From assembly GCA_963692865.2 (NCBI GenBank), contig OY843592.1:2880001-2944000 (forward strand): a DNA stretch of 64,000 nucleotides, read 5' to 3'. The notes beneath the pieces were generated by a model. The model had not been told where the DNA came from and did no database searches. It saw only the letters and a program-made list of their open reading frames with translations. The DNA is from a bacterium. Its GTDB lineage: Bacteria > UBA8248. The position numbers and the translations under genes are program-made. Shown piece by piece: positions 10,272 through 19,100 of the stretch. The stretch's first letter is position 1. Every line of letters starts with the position of its first letter.

Positions 10272-11366
10272 TTATACTTGCAATTCCATTACTTTACATA
10301 ACGCCTTGATTACCGCCTCGTTCTCCTGCGGCGCGCCGATGGAAATCCGCAGATGGCGCGGGAAACCATACCCCGCCACGGGCCGGACGATGACGCCTTC
10401 TCTCAGCAGCGCTTCGTACACCCGCATCGCTTCGCCCACCTCGACCATCATGAAATTCCCCTGCGTGGGCACGAACGGGAGCCCCATGGCCGACAGCTCG
10501 TACACGAAATACTCCCGGCCCTCGGCGTTCACCGCGACCGACCGCTCGACGTGTTCGGTATCGCCCAAGGCGGCCTGCGCGGCCACGAGAGCCAGGGAAT
10601 TCACGTTGAACGGCTCGCGGACGCTCTCCATCGCCCCCGCGACTTCCGCATCCGCCACGCCGTAGCCGACGCGCAGGCCGGCCAGCCCGTAGACCTTCGA
10701 GAAGGTGCGCATGGCGACGAGGTTCGGGAACTCGTCCAGCATCCGCGCGGCGTCGGGGTAATCCTCCAGATGCGCGTAGTGGCAATAGGCCTCGTCCATG
10801 ACGAGGAGGGTGGATGGCGGGATTTTTCCCAAAAACTCGCGGAGTTTTTCCTCCCCCACAGCCGTACCCGTGGGATTGTTGGGATTCGCGATGAAAACGA
10901 TTTTCGTCTTTTCGCATACGAGGTCCGCCAAGGCGTCCAGGTCCTGGTGATAATCACGCATCGGGGCGCGCCTGATCTCGCATGAGCAGAGCTGAGAGAC
11001 GATATGATAGACGATGAAGGCGCCTTCGGAGAAAACCACGGGGTCTCCGGGGTCGAGATAGGCGTGCGCGAGAATCTCCAGAACCTCGTTCGTTCCGTTG
11101 CCGAGGACGAAATTCGCAGGCGCCAGCCCGTGGTGCTCGGCAAGCGCGTTCTTGAGATAAAACCCGCCGCCGTCGGGGTAACGGTGCAATTCCTGAATAG
11201 CGCTGTTGACGGCTTCCACGGCCTTGGGCGACGGCCCCAGAGGGTTCTCGTTCGAGGCCACCTTGATGGAGTCGGCGATGCCGAGTTCGCGCTCGAGCTC
11301 CTCCACCGGCTTTCCCGGCTGGTAGACGATGATGTCCGATACGGGCCGCGCCCTTTGAAATTTCAT
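10272..11366 (-). CDS. hisC: Histidinol-phosphate aminotransferase
   Basis: YQPGKP, ASNENPLG, RYPD, NPNNPTG, DEAY, RTFSKVYGLAGLRVGY. Confidence 0.96.
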   Translation of the reverse strand: MKFQRARPVSDIIVYQPGKPVEELERELGIADSIKVASNENPLGPSPKAVEAVNSAIQELHRYPDGGGFYLKNALAEHHGLAPANFVLGNGTNEVLEILAHAYLDPGDPVVFSEGAFIVYHIVSQLCSCEIRRAPMRDYHQDLDALADLVCEKTKIVFIANPNNPTGTAVGEEKLREFLGKIPPSTLLVMDEAYCHYAHLEDYPDAARMLDEFPNLVAMRTFSKVYGLAGLRVGYGVADAEVAGAMESVREPFNVNSLALVAAQAALGDTEHVERSVAVNAEGREYFVYELSAMGLPFVPTQGNFMMVEVGEAMRVYEALLREGVIVRPVAGYGFPRHLRISIGAPQENEAVIKALCKVMELQV

Positions 11367-11429
11367 CCCCTCTCCTCACGCTCAGGCGTCGCGGGAGCCA
11401 CGCGCCCGAAAAAACCCGTTAAACCCGGC

Positions 11430-12272
11430 CTATCCATTCCCATCTCGCGTCCCTTGCAGCACGGGATAAGAACCCAGCACGCGAATGAATTCCACAAGCC
11501 CCCTCAGATCCGAAATACCTTTTGCGATTGCCTCGTCTTCCGCGAACCCGTCGACTTCCATGTAGAAGACGTACTCCCACGCCACTTTGCGCGACGGGCG
11601 GGATTCGAGTTTCGTCATGTTCAGCTCACGCCCGGCGATGGGCGCAAGCGCCTTGTAGAGCGCGCCCGATTCATTCTTCAAGCCGAAGAGCAGACTCGTC
11701 TTCGAGCGCTCTCCGCGCTCCGGCTTCTCGGTTCCGATGACGAAAAAGCGCGTCACGTTGATGATCTCCGAATCGAGTTTTTCCGCAAAAATCTTCAGGC
11801 CATAATACTCGGCCGCGAGGCGGCTTCCCAAAGCCGCGAGCTTCGGCTCGCCCGCGGCCATCTTCGCCGCCAGCGAGGTGCTCCAGACCTCTTCAATCCT
11901 GACGCCCGAGGCGTTCTCGCGAAGCCACGTGCGGCACTGGGCCACCGCATGGGGGTGGCTGAGGATGCGCTCCACGTTCTCGATGGAGTCTTCGTTCGTG
12001 AGCAGGTGGATGTCGATGGGCAGGCGCACTTCGCACTCCACCAGCAGCGGGGATTCCAGCAGCCTGTCCAGCGTGATGTTGACCGTGCCCTCTATCGCGT
12101 TCTCGATCGGGACCACGCCCCACCGGGAGCGGCGGCCTTCCACCTCATCGAACACGGCGTCGATGCTCTCTACGGGCGTGAGAACCGCCTCCTCGCCGAA
12201 GCGCAGTATGGCGGCCTCGTGCGTGAAGGTGGCCTCCGGTCCCAGATAGCTCACTCTCGGCAAATCGCTCAT
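11430..12272 (-). CDS. pheA: Prephenate dehydratase (PDT + ACT, no chorismate mutase domain)
   Basis: YLGPEATFT, VPIENAIEG, SHPHAVAQC, NVTRF, TKLESRP; likely start at ATG 12272. Confidence 0.94.
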   Translation of the reverse strand: MSDLPRVSYLGPEATFTHEAAILRFGEEAVLTPVESIDAVFDEVEGRRSRWGVVPIENAIEGTVNITLDRLLESPLLVECEVRLPIDIHLLTNEDSIENVERILSHPHAVAQCRTWLRENASGVRIEEVWSTSLAAKMAAGEPKLAALGSRLAAEYYGLKIFAEKLDSEIINVTRFFVIGTEKPERGERSKTSLLFGLKNESGALYKALAPIAGRELNMTKLESRPSRKVAWEYVFYMEVDGFAEDEAIAKGISDLRGLVEFIRVLGSYPVLQGTRDGNG

Positions 12273-12420
12273 GACCCAAGGCTCCGATTCAAGAATGCCG
12301 CCCAGCAAACCGCGCTATCCTACCCCAAGGCCCGGCGATTGTGAACGCCCCGAAGCTCTGGCAAACTGGCCAGGGTTCATCGACGACGACCGACATTTCT
12401 TAAGCATTCATGAGGGAAAG

Positions 12421-13554
12421 ATGAAGATTACAGACGTCGAAGCATACATGCTCACCGGCCCGCCCGAGGAGCGGGGCCACTGGGTCAGCCATTATCCCGT
12501 CCACCAGGCGAACGAGTTGCTGATACGGCTCAAAACCGACGAGGGGCTGGAGGGCTTCGGCCTCGGCAGCAGCCGCCTCCTCATCAAGGGCGCGGCGGAG
12601 ATGTTCAACGAAGGACTCAAGGAGTTCATCATCGGCGAGGACGCCCTCGCGCCCGAGAGACTTTATGAGAAGGTTTTCTCCATCACGCACCAGAAGCTCG
12701 CCTTCGTGAAGGAATGGTCCCGAAACGGGCTGCTCATCACCAGCGCGGCCCTCGACCTCGCCATGTGGGATATTCTCGGAAAGGCCTCAGGGCAGCCCCT
12801 GTTCCGCCTCTTCGGCGGATACCGCGAGGAAGTGCCCTGCTACGTCACCTGCGCCTATTACCGTGACGGGAAGGATTTGAATGAGCTGCGCGAGGAGATG
12901 GAAATGCTGAATGAGCAGGGGCACAGGGCGTTCAAGGCCAAAATCGGCGGCGCCTCGCTCGAGGAGGATATGGCGCGGCTGCGGGTCATCCGCGAGGTCA
13001 TCGGCGATGAGGCCGAACTCATGCTCGACGTGAACAGCGCGTGGGATCTGCCCACCGCCATCGAGGGGGCGCGTCTGCTCACCGAAATCCGCCCCCGCTG
13101 GCTCGAAGAGCCCGTGCGCTGGTTCGACGACAGGCGCGAACTCAGGATTCTCGCGCGAAAGACGGACATCCCTCTCTCCGCCGGTGAGAGCGAGCAGACC
13201 GGACACGGCGTGCGCGCCCTGCTGGAGGAGCAGGCGATAGAGGTCGTGCAGTTCGACTGCACGCGCATGGGCGGGTTCACGATGGGGAGAAAACTGGCGG
13301 CGCTCGCGGAACTCAACCACGTGGAAATCGCTCCGCACCACGACTGCTTCATCCACGCCCACATCGTGGCGGCCTCGCCGGCCGGCTGCATCGTGGAGTC
13401 CTTCACGGACCCCGAGCGCGACCCGCTCCAGGCGGAACTCTTCGAGAACCCGCCCCGCATCGAGAACGGGACGCTATACCTGAACGACGCGCCGGGGCTG
13501 GGACTCACGCTCTCAGAGAAGGCGATTGAGAAGTTCGGAACGCGCATCGCGTGA
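12421..13554 (+). CDS. Mandelate racemase / muconate lactonizing enzyme family (enolase superfamily)
   Basis: MKITDVEA, DLAMWDILGK, KAKIG, LMLDVN, WLEEP, AGESE, APHH, PGLG; GAGGG RBS before 12421. Confidence 0.93.
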   Translation: MKITDVEAYMLTGPPEERGHWVSHYPVHQANELLIRLKTDEGLEGFGLGSSRLLIKGAAEMFNEGLKEFIIGEDALAPERLYEKVFSITHQKLAFVKEWSRNGLLITSAALDLAMWDILGKASGQPLFRLFGGYREEVPCYVTCAYYRDGKDLNELREEMEMLNEQGHRAFKAKIGGASLEEDMARLRVIREVIGDEAELMLDVNSAWDLPTAIEGARLLTEIRPRWLEEPVRWFDDRRELRILARKTDIPLSAGESEQTGHGVRALLEEQAIEVVQFDCTRMGGFTMGRKLAALAELNHVEIAPHHDCFIHAHIVAASPAGCIVESFTDPERDPLQAELFENPPRIENGTLYLNDAPGLGLTLSEKAIEKFGTRIA

Positions 13555-13814
13555 GGGGGACGAGAAGGCGCCAAGCGATTCGTCAGTCAACCCTATTGTT
13601 ATCTTGAGCCGCTGAATCTAGTTCAGGGCCTGCCCCCCGACCCTGTCCGGCAAGCATCGAGGCGAGTTTTCGGGCGTCCCAGGTGAGTTCCGGCCAGTTG
13701 TGATGTTCATGTATCCACATATCAATCACCGCATTATTTGCAGTGGTTATGCCCTTTATTCACCGCATGTCATTCGTGCCCGGATATATCCGGGCCTTTT
13801 TATCTGCCTGGGGC

Positions 13815-13919
13815 CGGCCCTGCATCGAGAACGGGACGTTCTATCCGAACGATGCGCGGGTTCTCGGGCTTACGCTGTCAGAAGAAGCGATAGAGAAGTT
13901 CGGGACGCGAGTCGCGTGA
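13815..13919 (+). pseudogene. Diverged duplicate of the last 35 codons of the upstream enolase-superfamily gene
   Basis: Gap-free manual alignment to 13450-13554 gives 84/105 identical nt and the same TGA stop (..CIENGTFYPNDARVLGLTLSEEAIEKFGTRVA* vs ..RIENGTLYLNDAPGLGLTLSEKAIEKFGTRIA*). Confidence 0.9.
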
Positions 13920-13969
13920 GGGGAGGTTGAAAAAGCCCTTGCGGTTCGTTCGCGTAGGTGGCCTTTGAT

Positions 13970-14110
13970 CGTCATTCCGGCGAAAGCCGGAATCCAGAAC
14001 CGATGAGAAGGATAAAATTACGGCGTTCCATTTCCTCGTTCATTCGCCCGCAACGACAGCCAAAGAACAAAAAGCAAAGTCCCTGGATTCCGGCATGCGC
14101 CGGAATGACG
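13970..14110. repeat. Inverted doublet of CGTC-tagged REP-like palindromes
   Basis: CGTCATTCCGGCGAAAGCCGGAATCCAG at 13970-13997 and an inverted copy at 14083-14110. The flanks are shared with the doublet at 16720-16853. Confidence 0.88.
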
Positions 14111-14144
14111 GCTTTGTGGTTCGGTTCAATGTATGTGCCGGATT

Positions 14145-14168
14145 GTAGGAGTCGCATATATGCGACCC
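14145..14168. repeat. GTAG-tagged REP-like hairpin
   Basis: GTAGGAGTCGCATATATGCGACCC; related to copies at 28778, 46570 and 53000. Confidence 0.75.
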
Positions 14169-14200
14169 ATCCCAAGACACAACAAAAAGGCCGAATGTAT

Positions 14201-14316
14201 GGGGTTGCTAAAAAGCCCTTCGTCGGGGTTCCCGCGCTCTCAAGGCCGAAAGTCCTTTATTTTCAACGGATATTCGGCGTTAACTAAACCGCCGAACAAG
14301 CGCCTCCAACATCCCC
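14201..14316. mobile_element. MITE-like mini-element (degenerate GGGGTTGYTRAAAA termini)
   Basis: Left end GGGGTTGCTAAAAAG, right end CTCCAACATCCCC; no ORF inside. Confidence 0.5.
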
Positions 14317-14584
14317 AGGCCGGCGCGGGCGGGTCGAGCGCGAAAGGCGAGGGTTTGCATTTTCATCGCCCCGTGTCGTACATTTTTCCTGGCGCCCGAG
14401 TCATTTCGCAATCGCCTCATGCCTTCGGGAGAGTGCGGGGGTTGTGGCCCGCCGGGCGCCGCTTTTTTATTCCCTCCCAATCTCTTCGAGTATCGACGCT
14501 CGCGCCTCGTCTGCAGGCATGTTGTCGAGCTTGTCGATGAGCCGCTCCGCTGCCTCGCCGTCCACCATTCCACGCGCTCAAATG

Positions 14585-15475
14585 CTACAAATACTTCTTG
14601 AACCACTCTATCGCCTCGACCATGCCGATTTCGTGGTGCTCGGGGCTGCAGAAATAATAGGACTCGTAATGCTGCGCGCCGGGGAGCTTGACGATCTTCT
14701 TCGGCTCCCCGCAGGCCTCGTAGCAATTGATTTGCTCCTGCACGGGCACCAGGAAATCGTTTTCCGAATAGATGAACATGACGGGGCGCGGGGCGATTCT
14801 ACTCGCCACCCACTCGGGCTTGTAGCGCCAGCAGGCTTCTGCGCTTTGCAGGTCGTAGTCCTTCACGTAGTCATCGTGTTTCTGGTGGTTCTCCTGGATG
14901 ACCTTGAGCGTATGGGGGTCGCAGAGCATGATCTCGGGCAGCGGCATCGTGGTCGGCTCGCCGGTGGTGACGCGCTTGCGGGCGGCCTCCATGACCGTCT
15001 TCTGGAACGAATCCCACTCGTGCGGCCTCCTCACCGAGCGCATCCAGCGCTCGCCCTCATGCACACCCACGGAAGAGACCACCACCTTCACGCGCTCATC
15101 GAAGGCCGCCACCCAGATGGCGTTCGCCCCGCCGAAGCTCGTGCCGAAGATGCCGATCCGCTCCGGGTCCACGCCCTCGACCGTCTCCATGTAGGAGATG
15201 GCGTCGTAGGTGTCCTGCGCCTGCTCCAGGGGCCGCTGGCGGCCGCGCTCGCCCTCGCTCTTGCCGAAGCCTCGGTGATCGGGCGCGAGGATGAAATAGC
15301 CCTCCTCCCAGAGCCGCCTGGGCACGTCCATCCCGTAGACCTCCTTCATCCCGCTGTAGCCGTGCAGGCAGATGATGGCCGGTCCGGGCGGGTCGCCCGC
15401 TTTCCAGCCTTTGGGGGTATAGAGATGGGATGCGATTTTGAGGCCGTCGCTGTAGTAAAAAATCTCTTCGTACAT
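14585..15475 (-). CDS. Alpha/beta-fold hydrolase (S9/S15 / CocE-like)
   Basis: LHGYSG oxyanion motif, DHRGFGKSEG, nucleophile elbow GTSFGG, DFLVP, C-terminal GAQHY. Confidence 0.9.
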   Translation of the reverse strand: MYEEIFYYSDGLKIASHLYTPKGWKAGDPPGPAIICLHGYSGMKEVYGMDVPRRLWEEGYFILAPDHRGFGKSEGERGRQRPLEQAQDTYDAISYMETVEGVDPERIGIFGTSFGGANAIWVAAFDERVKVVVSSVGVHEGERWMRSVRRPHEWDSFQKTVMEAARKRVTTGEPTTMPLPEIMLCDPHTLKVIQENHQKHDDYVKDYDLQSAEACWRYKPEWVASRIAPRPVMFIYSENDFLVPVQEQINCYEACGEPKKIVKLPGAQHYESYYFCSPEHHEIGMVEAIEWFKKYL

Positions 15476-15564
15476 GCAGGTTTCCCCTCCAGGCGACGCC
15501 GCTCGGCGCCGAAGATAATTATCCAGAAAATTCCACCGGCGCGTGAGCCGCCGGACGATATCCG

Positions 15565-16404
15565 CTATTGGACTTCGATGCCTCTCAATTCGCGCAGCAA
15601 TTCACCGGCGTCGGGCGCGCGCATGAGCGCCTCCCCGACCAGGATGGCGTCCACCCCCTCATCCACGAGAGGGACCACTTCGCGCCACCCGAAAATTCCG
15701 CTCTCAGACACCAGTACGAGCGATTCCCGCTGCTCCGGCGTGAGCCGCCCGAACACGCGGGATGTGTGCTCCGTATCGACCTCGAAGGTCTTCAAGTTCC
15801 GGTTGTTCACGCCGAGAACGCGGGTCCCCGCCGCCAGGGCGCGCCCGAGTTCATCTTCGGCATACACCTCAACGAGCGCGCCCATGCCCAGTTCTTCGGC
15901 GAGCGCGCGCAAATCCTCCATCTGCGACGTCTCCAGGATGGCCGCTATCAGAAGCACGGCGTCCGCGCCGCCCGCGCGGGCCTCCCATATCTGGTACTCG
16001 GTGAAGATGAACTCTTTTCTGAGAACGGGGAGAGCCACTGCGCCGCGCACATCTTCCAGATGCGCCATCTCGCCCAGAAAGCGCCTCCGCTCCGTCAACA
16101 CCGAGACGGCGGCGGCGCCCCCTTCTTCATAGGCTCTGGCGATTTCGCCCGGCTCGAAGCGCTCGGCGATCTGGCCCTGGGAGGGAGAGGCCTGCTTCAC
16201 CTCGGCGATGACGCGCATCCGGCCGCCGTCCGCGTCCTCGCCGGAATCGGGCCGCCCGATTGCGCCCGCGAAATCAAGCGCCTGCGGCGCATCCCTCGCC
16301 ATTGACTTGATATCGGCCTCCGAACGCCGTCTCCTGTCCGAGGCGATGTCCTCGCGGACGCCTTCCACGAGCTTGTCCAGAACCGTATGCGTCGCAATCG
16401 TCAA
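15565..16404 (-). CDS. trpC: Indole-3-glycerol-phosphate synthase
   Basis: IAEVKQASPS, SVLTE, LRKEF, GADAVLLI, GVNNRNL, SESGI, LVGEALM. Probable TTG start at 16404; the ORF track extends to 16437. Confidence 0.96.
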   Translation of the reverse strand: MTIATHTVLDKLVEGVREDIASDRRRRSEADIKSMARDAPQALDFAGAIGRPDSGEDADGGRMRVIAEVKQASPSQGQIAERFEPGEIARAYEEGGAAAVSVLTERRRFLGEMAHLEDVRGAVALPVLRKEFIFTEYQIWEARAGGADAVLLIAAILETSQMEDLRALAEELGMGALVEVYAEDELGRALAAGTRVLGVNNRNLKTFEVDTEHTSRVFGRLTPEQRESLVLVSESGIFGWREVVPLVDEGVDAILVGEALMRAPDAGELLRELRGIEVQ

Positions 16405-16457
16405 AATTTCATACTCCCAGGAGGAATCGATTGCCAACCGACGAGAGAGAAGATACC

Positions 16458-17010
16458 CACTCCCCCCTTGAGGGTCGGGCTTCCCGAGGGGAAAGCCCGA
16501 CCCTCAAAGGGCTGTTGAAAAACCCCCCTCTGCCCCGCGGGAGCGCATCGCATTCTTGTACCCCCCTGACAAGGGGTTGTTGAAAAAGTCCTTGCAGGTC
16601 AGTCGGTAATCCCGCCGCAGGTCAGACATATATGTCTGACATATCATGCGGCCCAACCTTTTTCGCCTCTCCGGCAACGGGCCGCATGATATGCGGCCCC
16701 TGCAATCGAGATTGCACACCGTCATTCCGGCGCATGCCGGAATCCAGGGACTTTGCTTTTGAATTCGTGTCTTTTCGCATGATTGTTTTTCATGGTCGTC
16801 CTGCGGTTCGAAATTCACCTCGGCTCTGGATTCCGGCATGCGCCGGAATGACGATCAAAACCGTCGAACCCTCCCTTCCCGGTCGGCTGCATTCGCCGAA
16901 TCGCGAAATCAGGTGTTTTTCAACAGCCCCCTCAAGGGGGGAGTGATTTTCCTCCCGCACCAGTCGGTTACATACGCCGAATCATAAAATCTGATTTTTT
17001 CAACAACCCC
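16458..17010. repeat. Nested composite repeat locus between trpD and trpC
   Basis: C/G-run palindrome (16458-16945) interrupted by a TIR element at 16508-16930. Inside are a second left end (16573), a GTAG doublet (16617-16703) and a CGTC doublet (16720-16853). An extra right end lies at 16996-17010. Confidence 0.9.
16508..16930. mobile_element. Non-autonomous TIR element with a 5-bp CTCAA target-site duplication
   Basis: AGGGCTGTTGAAAAA ... TTTTTCAACAGCCCC, flanked by CTCAA at 16503-16507 and 16931-16935. Removing it restores a continuous palindrome. Confidence 0.75.
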
Positions 17011-17027
17011 GAGCCGCGCCGCCTCGC

Positions 17028-18038
17028 TCAGGAATTGGACACTTCCACGAGGCGCGCCAGAACTTTAGCCGCCTCGCCCGAGTCTATCGCCGAGGCCGCC
17101 TGCGCGACGCCATCTCTCAGATCCCCCGCCCTGTCCGCGGCGATGAGCGCGGCGGCGGCGTTCAAGAGCACGATGTCGCGCCTGGGGCCTTTCTCACCGC
17201 CAAGGACCGCGCGCGTGATATCCGCGTTCTCATCCGGCTCACCGCCCTTCACGGCGTCTGAGTCGGCGCGGTCGAGGCTGGCATCCTCGGGCGTTACGTC
17301 ATACGTCCTGATCTCGCTCCCGTCCCACTCCGAGACGCGCGTGGGGCCGGTGAGCGTCAACTCGTCCATCCCGTCCGACCCGTGCGCGACCAGCGCCTTC
17401 CGGCAGCCCACCTGGCGCAGCACGTCCGCCACCAGTTCGGTGAGTTCCGGCGCATAGACGCCCACCAGCTGGCTCTGGGCGCGCGCGGGGTTCGTGAGCG
17501 GCCCCATGACGTTGAAGATGCTGCGCATGGCGATCTCGCGCCTGGGGCCGATGGCGTGCTTCATCGCGCCGTGCAGCATGGGCGCGAACAGAAAACCCAC
17601 GCCCGCCTCGTCGATGCACTCGCCCACCTTCTCGGGCGAGGCCTCGATGTTCACCCCCAGCGCCTTCAGCACGTCGGCGGCGCCGGATTTGCTCGACACC
17701 GCGCGGTTGCCGTGCTTCGCCACCGGCTGGCCCGCAGCCGCCACGACGAGGGCGGCGCTCGTGCTGATGTTGAAGGTGTGGGCGCCGTCGCCGCCCGTGC
17801 CCACCACGTCGACCACGAAGGGGTGTTTCGTCTTTATCCACGTCGCCTTGGCGCGCATGGAGCGGACGCTGCCGGCGATCTCCTCGGGCGTCTCCCCCGC
17901 CATGCGAAGCGCCACCAGATAGGCGCCGATCTGGGCATGGGTGGCCTCGCCCGTCATGATGAGGTCCATCACCTTCTCCGCCTCATCCGCGCTCAGGTGA
18001 CGGCCTTCCACGAGCTTACCGATGGCTTCCTGAATCAT
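17028..18038 (-). CDS. trpD: Anthranilate phosphoribosyltransferase
   Basis: GTGGDG, FNIST, KHGNRAVSSKSG, FNVMGPLTNPA, DGMDE. Confidence 0.98.
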   Translation of the reverse strand: MIQEAIGKLVEGRHLSADEAEKVMDLIMTGEATHAQIGAYLVALRMAGETPEEIAGSVRSMRAKATWIKTKHPFVVDVVGTGGDGAHTFNISTSAALVVAAAGQPVAKHGNRAVSSKSGAADVLKALGVNIEASPEKVGECIDEAGVGFLFAPMLHGAMKHAIGPRREIAMRSIFNVMGPLTNPARAQSQLVGVYAPELTELVADVLRQVGCRKALVAHGSDGMDELTLTGPTRVSEWDGSEIRTYDVTPEDASLDRADSDAVKGGEPDENADITRAVLGGEKGPRRDIVLLNAAAALIAADRAGDLRDGVAQAASAIDSGEAAKVLARLVEVSNS

Positions 18039-18096
18039 GAACGCAAATCCTCATAAAGTGGTGGGTTCTTCATTCGTTTACATTTTCTCGGGCCAA

Positions 18097-18414
18097 GGGG
18101 CTCTTGAAAAAGTCTGTATACGACCCCTAAGGAAATCTCTCCCCACCCAGGAGAATTACAAATCCACTCCCCCCCTGAGGGTCGGGCTTCCCGAGGGGAA
18201 AGCCCGACAGAAGCCGAGCGGTTTTGGCGAAAGCTGATGCGGTGGGGGGTAAATCGTGTTTTATCGTGCAATTTCAATTATACCCCCCACCGGTTCGCTT
18301 GCGGGCATGCGCCCTTACCTCACCGACTCCCCCACAAGGGGGGAGTGAAGTATCCTATTTCGCCGGTCGGCTCCATACGCCGAACCACGAAAACAGGGGT
18401 TGTTCAACAACCCC
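18097..18414. mobile_element. TIR-bounded mini-element enclosing a ~183-bp C/G-run palindromic repeat
   Basis: GGGGCTCTTGAAAAA ... TTGTTCAACAACCCC. The inner repeat 18165-18347 (CACTCCCCCC...CGGTGGGGGGTA...TACCCCCCACCG...GGGGGGAGTG) is homologous to 24633-24816. Confidence 0.7.
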
Positions 18415-18500
18415 GAAAGGGGCGATGGACGCCCTCCCCGAAACCATGCGCGCGATACCCGCAAATTCGGGGCTACCATACCGCGTCCGCGCGGCTTCCC

Positions 18501-19085
18501 TCAAGGCCGCTCGACCCCGCCTTCGAGCGCATTCTGGAGCAGCGCCTTGCCCTCGGGCGAGAGAATCGACTCGGGATGAAACTGAACGCCCGCGACTGAC
18601 TTCTCCCGCACCCGAAGCCCCATGATCTCGCCTTCGTCCGTCTCCGCGCAGACTTCGATTTCGGGAGGAACGCTCTCGCGCGCGAGCAGGAGGCTGTGGT
18701 AGCGCGTGGCCGTCATGGGATTCGGAAGTCCGCGAAACACGCCCCGCCCGTCGTGGCGTATCTCCGAGGTTTTTCCGTGCATGATCCGTCCGGCGCGGAC
18801 GATGCCGCCGCCGTAGACCTGCGCGATGGCCTGATGCCCCAGGCACACGCCAAGGATGGGGTATTCCCCCGCGAATCGCTCGACGAGCGGCATCGAGAGT
18901 CCGGCGGATTCGGGCCGCCCCGGCCCCGGGGATATGACGATCAACTCAGGTCCCAGTCCGGCCACGTCGTCGAGCCCGAACCGGTCGTTTCGCCACACCG
19001 TCACCTCCGCGCCGAGTTCGGCGAGGTATTGAACGAGGTTGTAGGTGAACGAGTCGTAATTATCGATCATCAATACGCGCGTCAT
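18501..19085 (-). CDS. trpG: Anthranilate synthase component II (glutamine amidotransferase)
   Basis: IDNYDSFTYNLVQY, SPGPG, LGVCLGHQ, RYHSL, GVQFHPES. Confidence 0.96.
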   Translation of the reverse strand: MTRVLMIDNYDSFTYNLVQYLAELGAEVTVWRNDRFGLDDVAGLGPELIVISPGPGRPESAGLSMPLVERFAGEYPILGVCLGHQAIAQVYGGGIVRAGRIMHGKTSEIRHDGRGVFRGLPNPMTATRYHSLLLARESVPPEIEVCAETDEGEIMGLRVREKSVAGVQFHPESILSPEGKALLQNALEGGVERP

Positions 19086-19100
19086 GCCGCCTTCTCCGCC

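Noticed and set aside
10238-10318. dif-like site (TTACATAA motifs at the end of hisC)
   Set aside because: There is only a partial match to a XerD arm and no XerC arm at 6-bp spacing.
13450-13919. Diversity-generating retroelement TR/VR pair
   Set aside because: Mismatches are not adenine-specific (only 4-5 of 21 are A in either copy) and are mostly third-position. No reverse transcriptase is present in the window.
13958-16946. Short ORFs containing WIPACAGMT or GRMICGP (13958..14287, 16504..16839, 16632..16946; similar ones at 24711, 28580-29183 and 53015)
   Set aside because: They are translations of the palindromic repeats, not credible proteins.
16458-17010. CRISPR or other regularly spaced guide array at the repeat clusters
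   Set aside because: The repeats are inverted, heterogeneous and irregularly spaced, with no constant repeat-spacer period and no cas-like genes.
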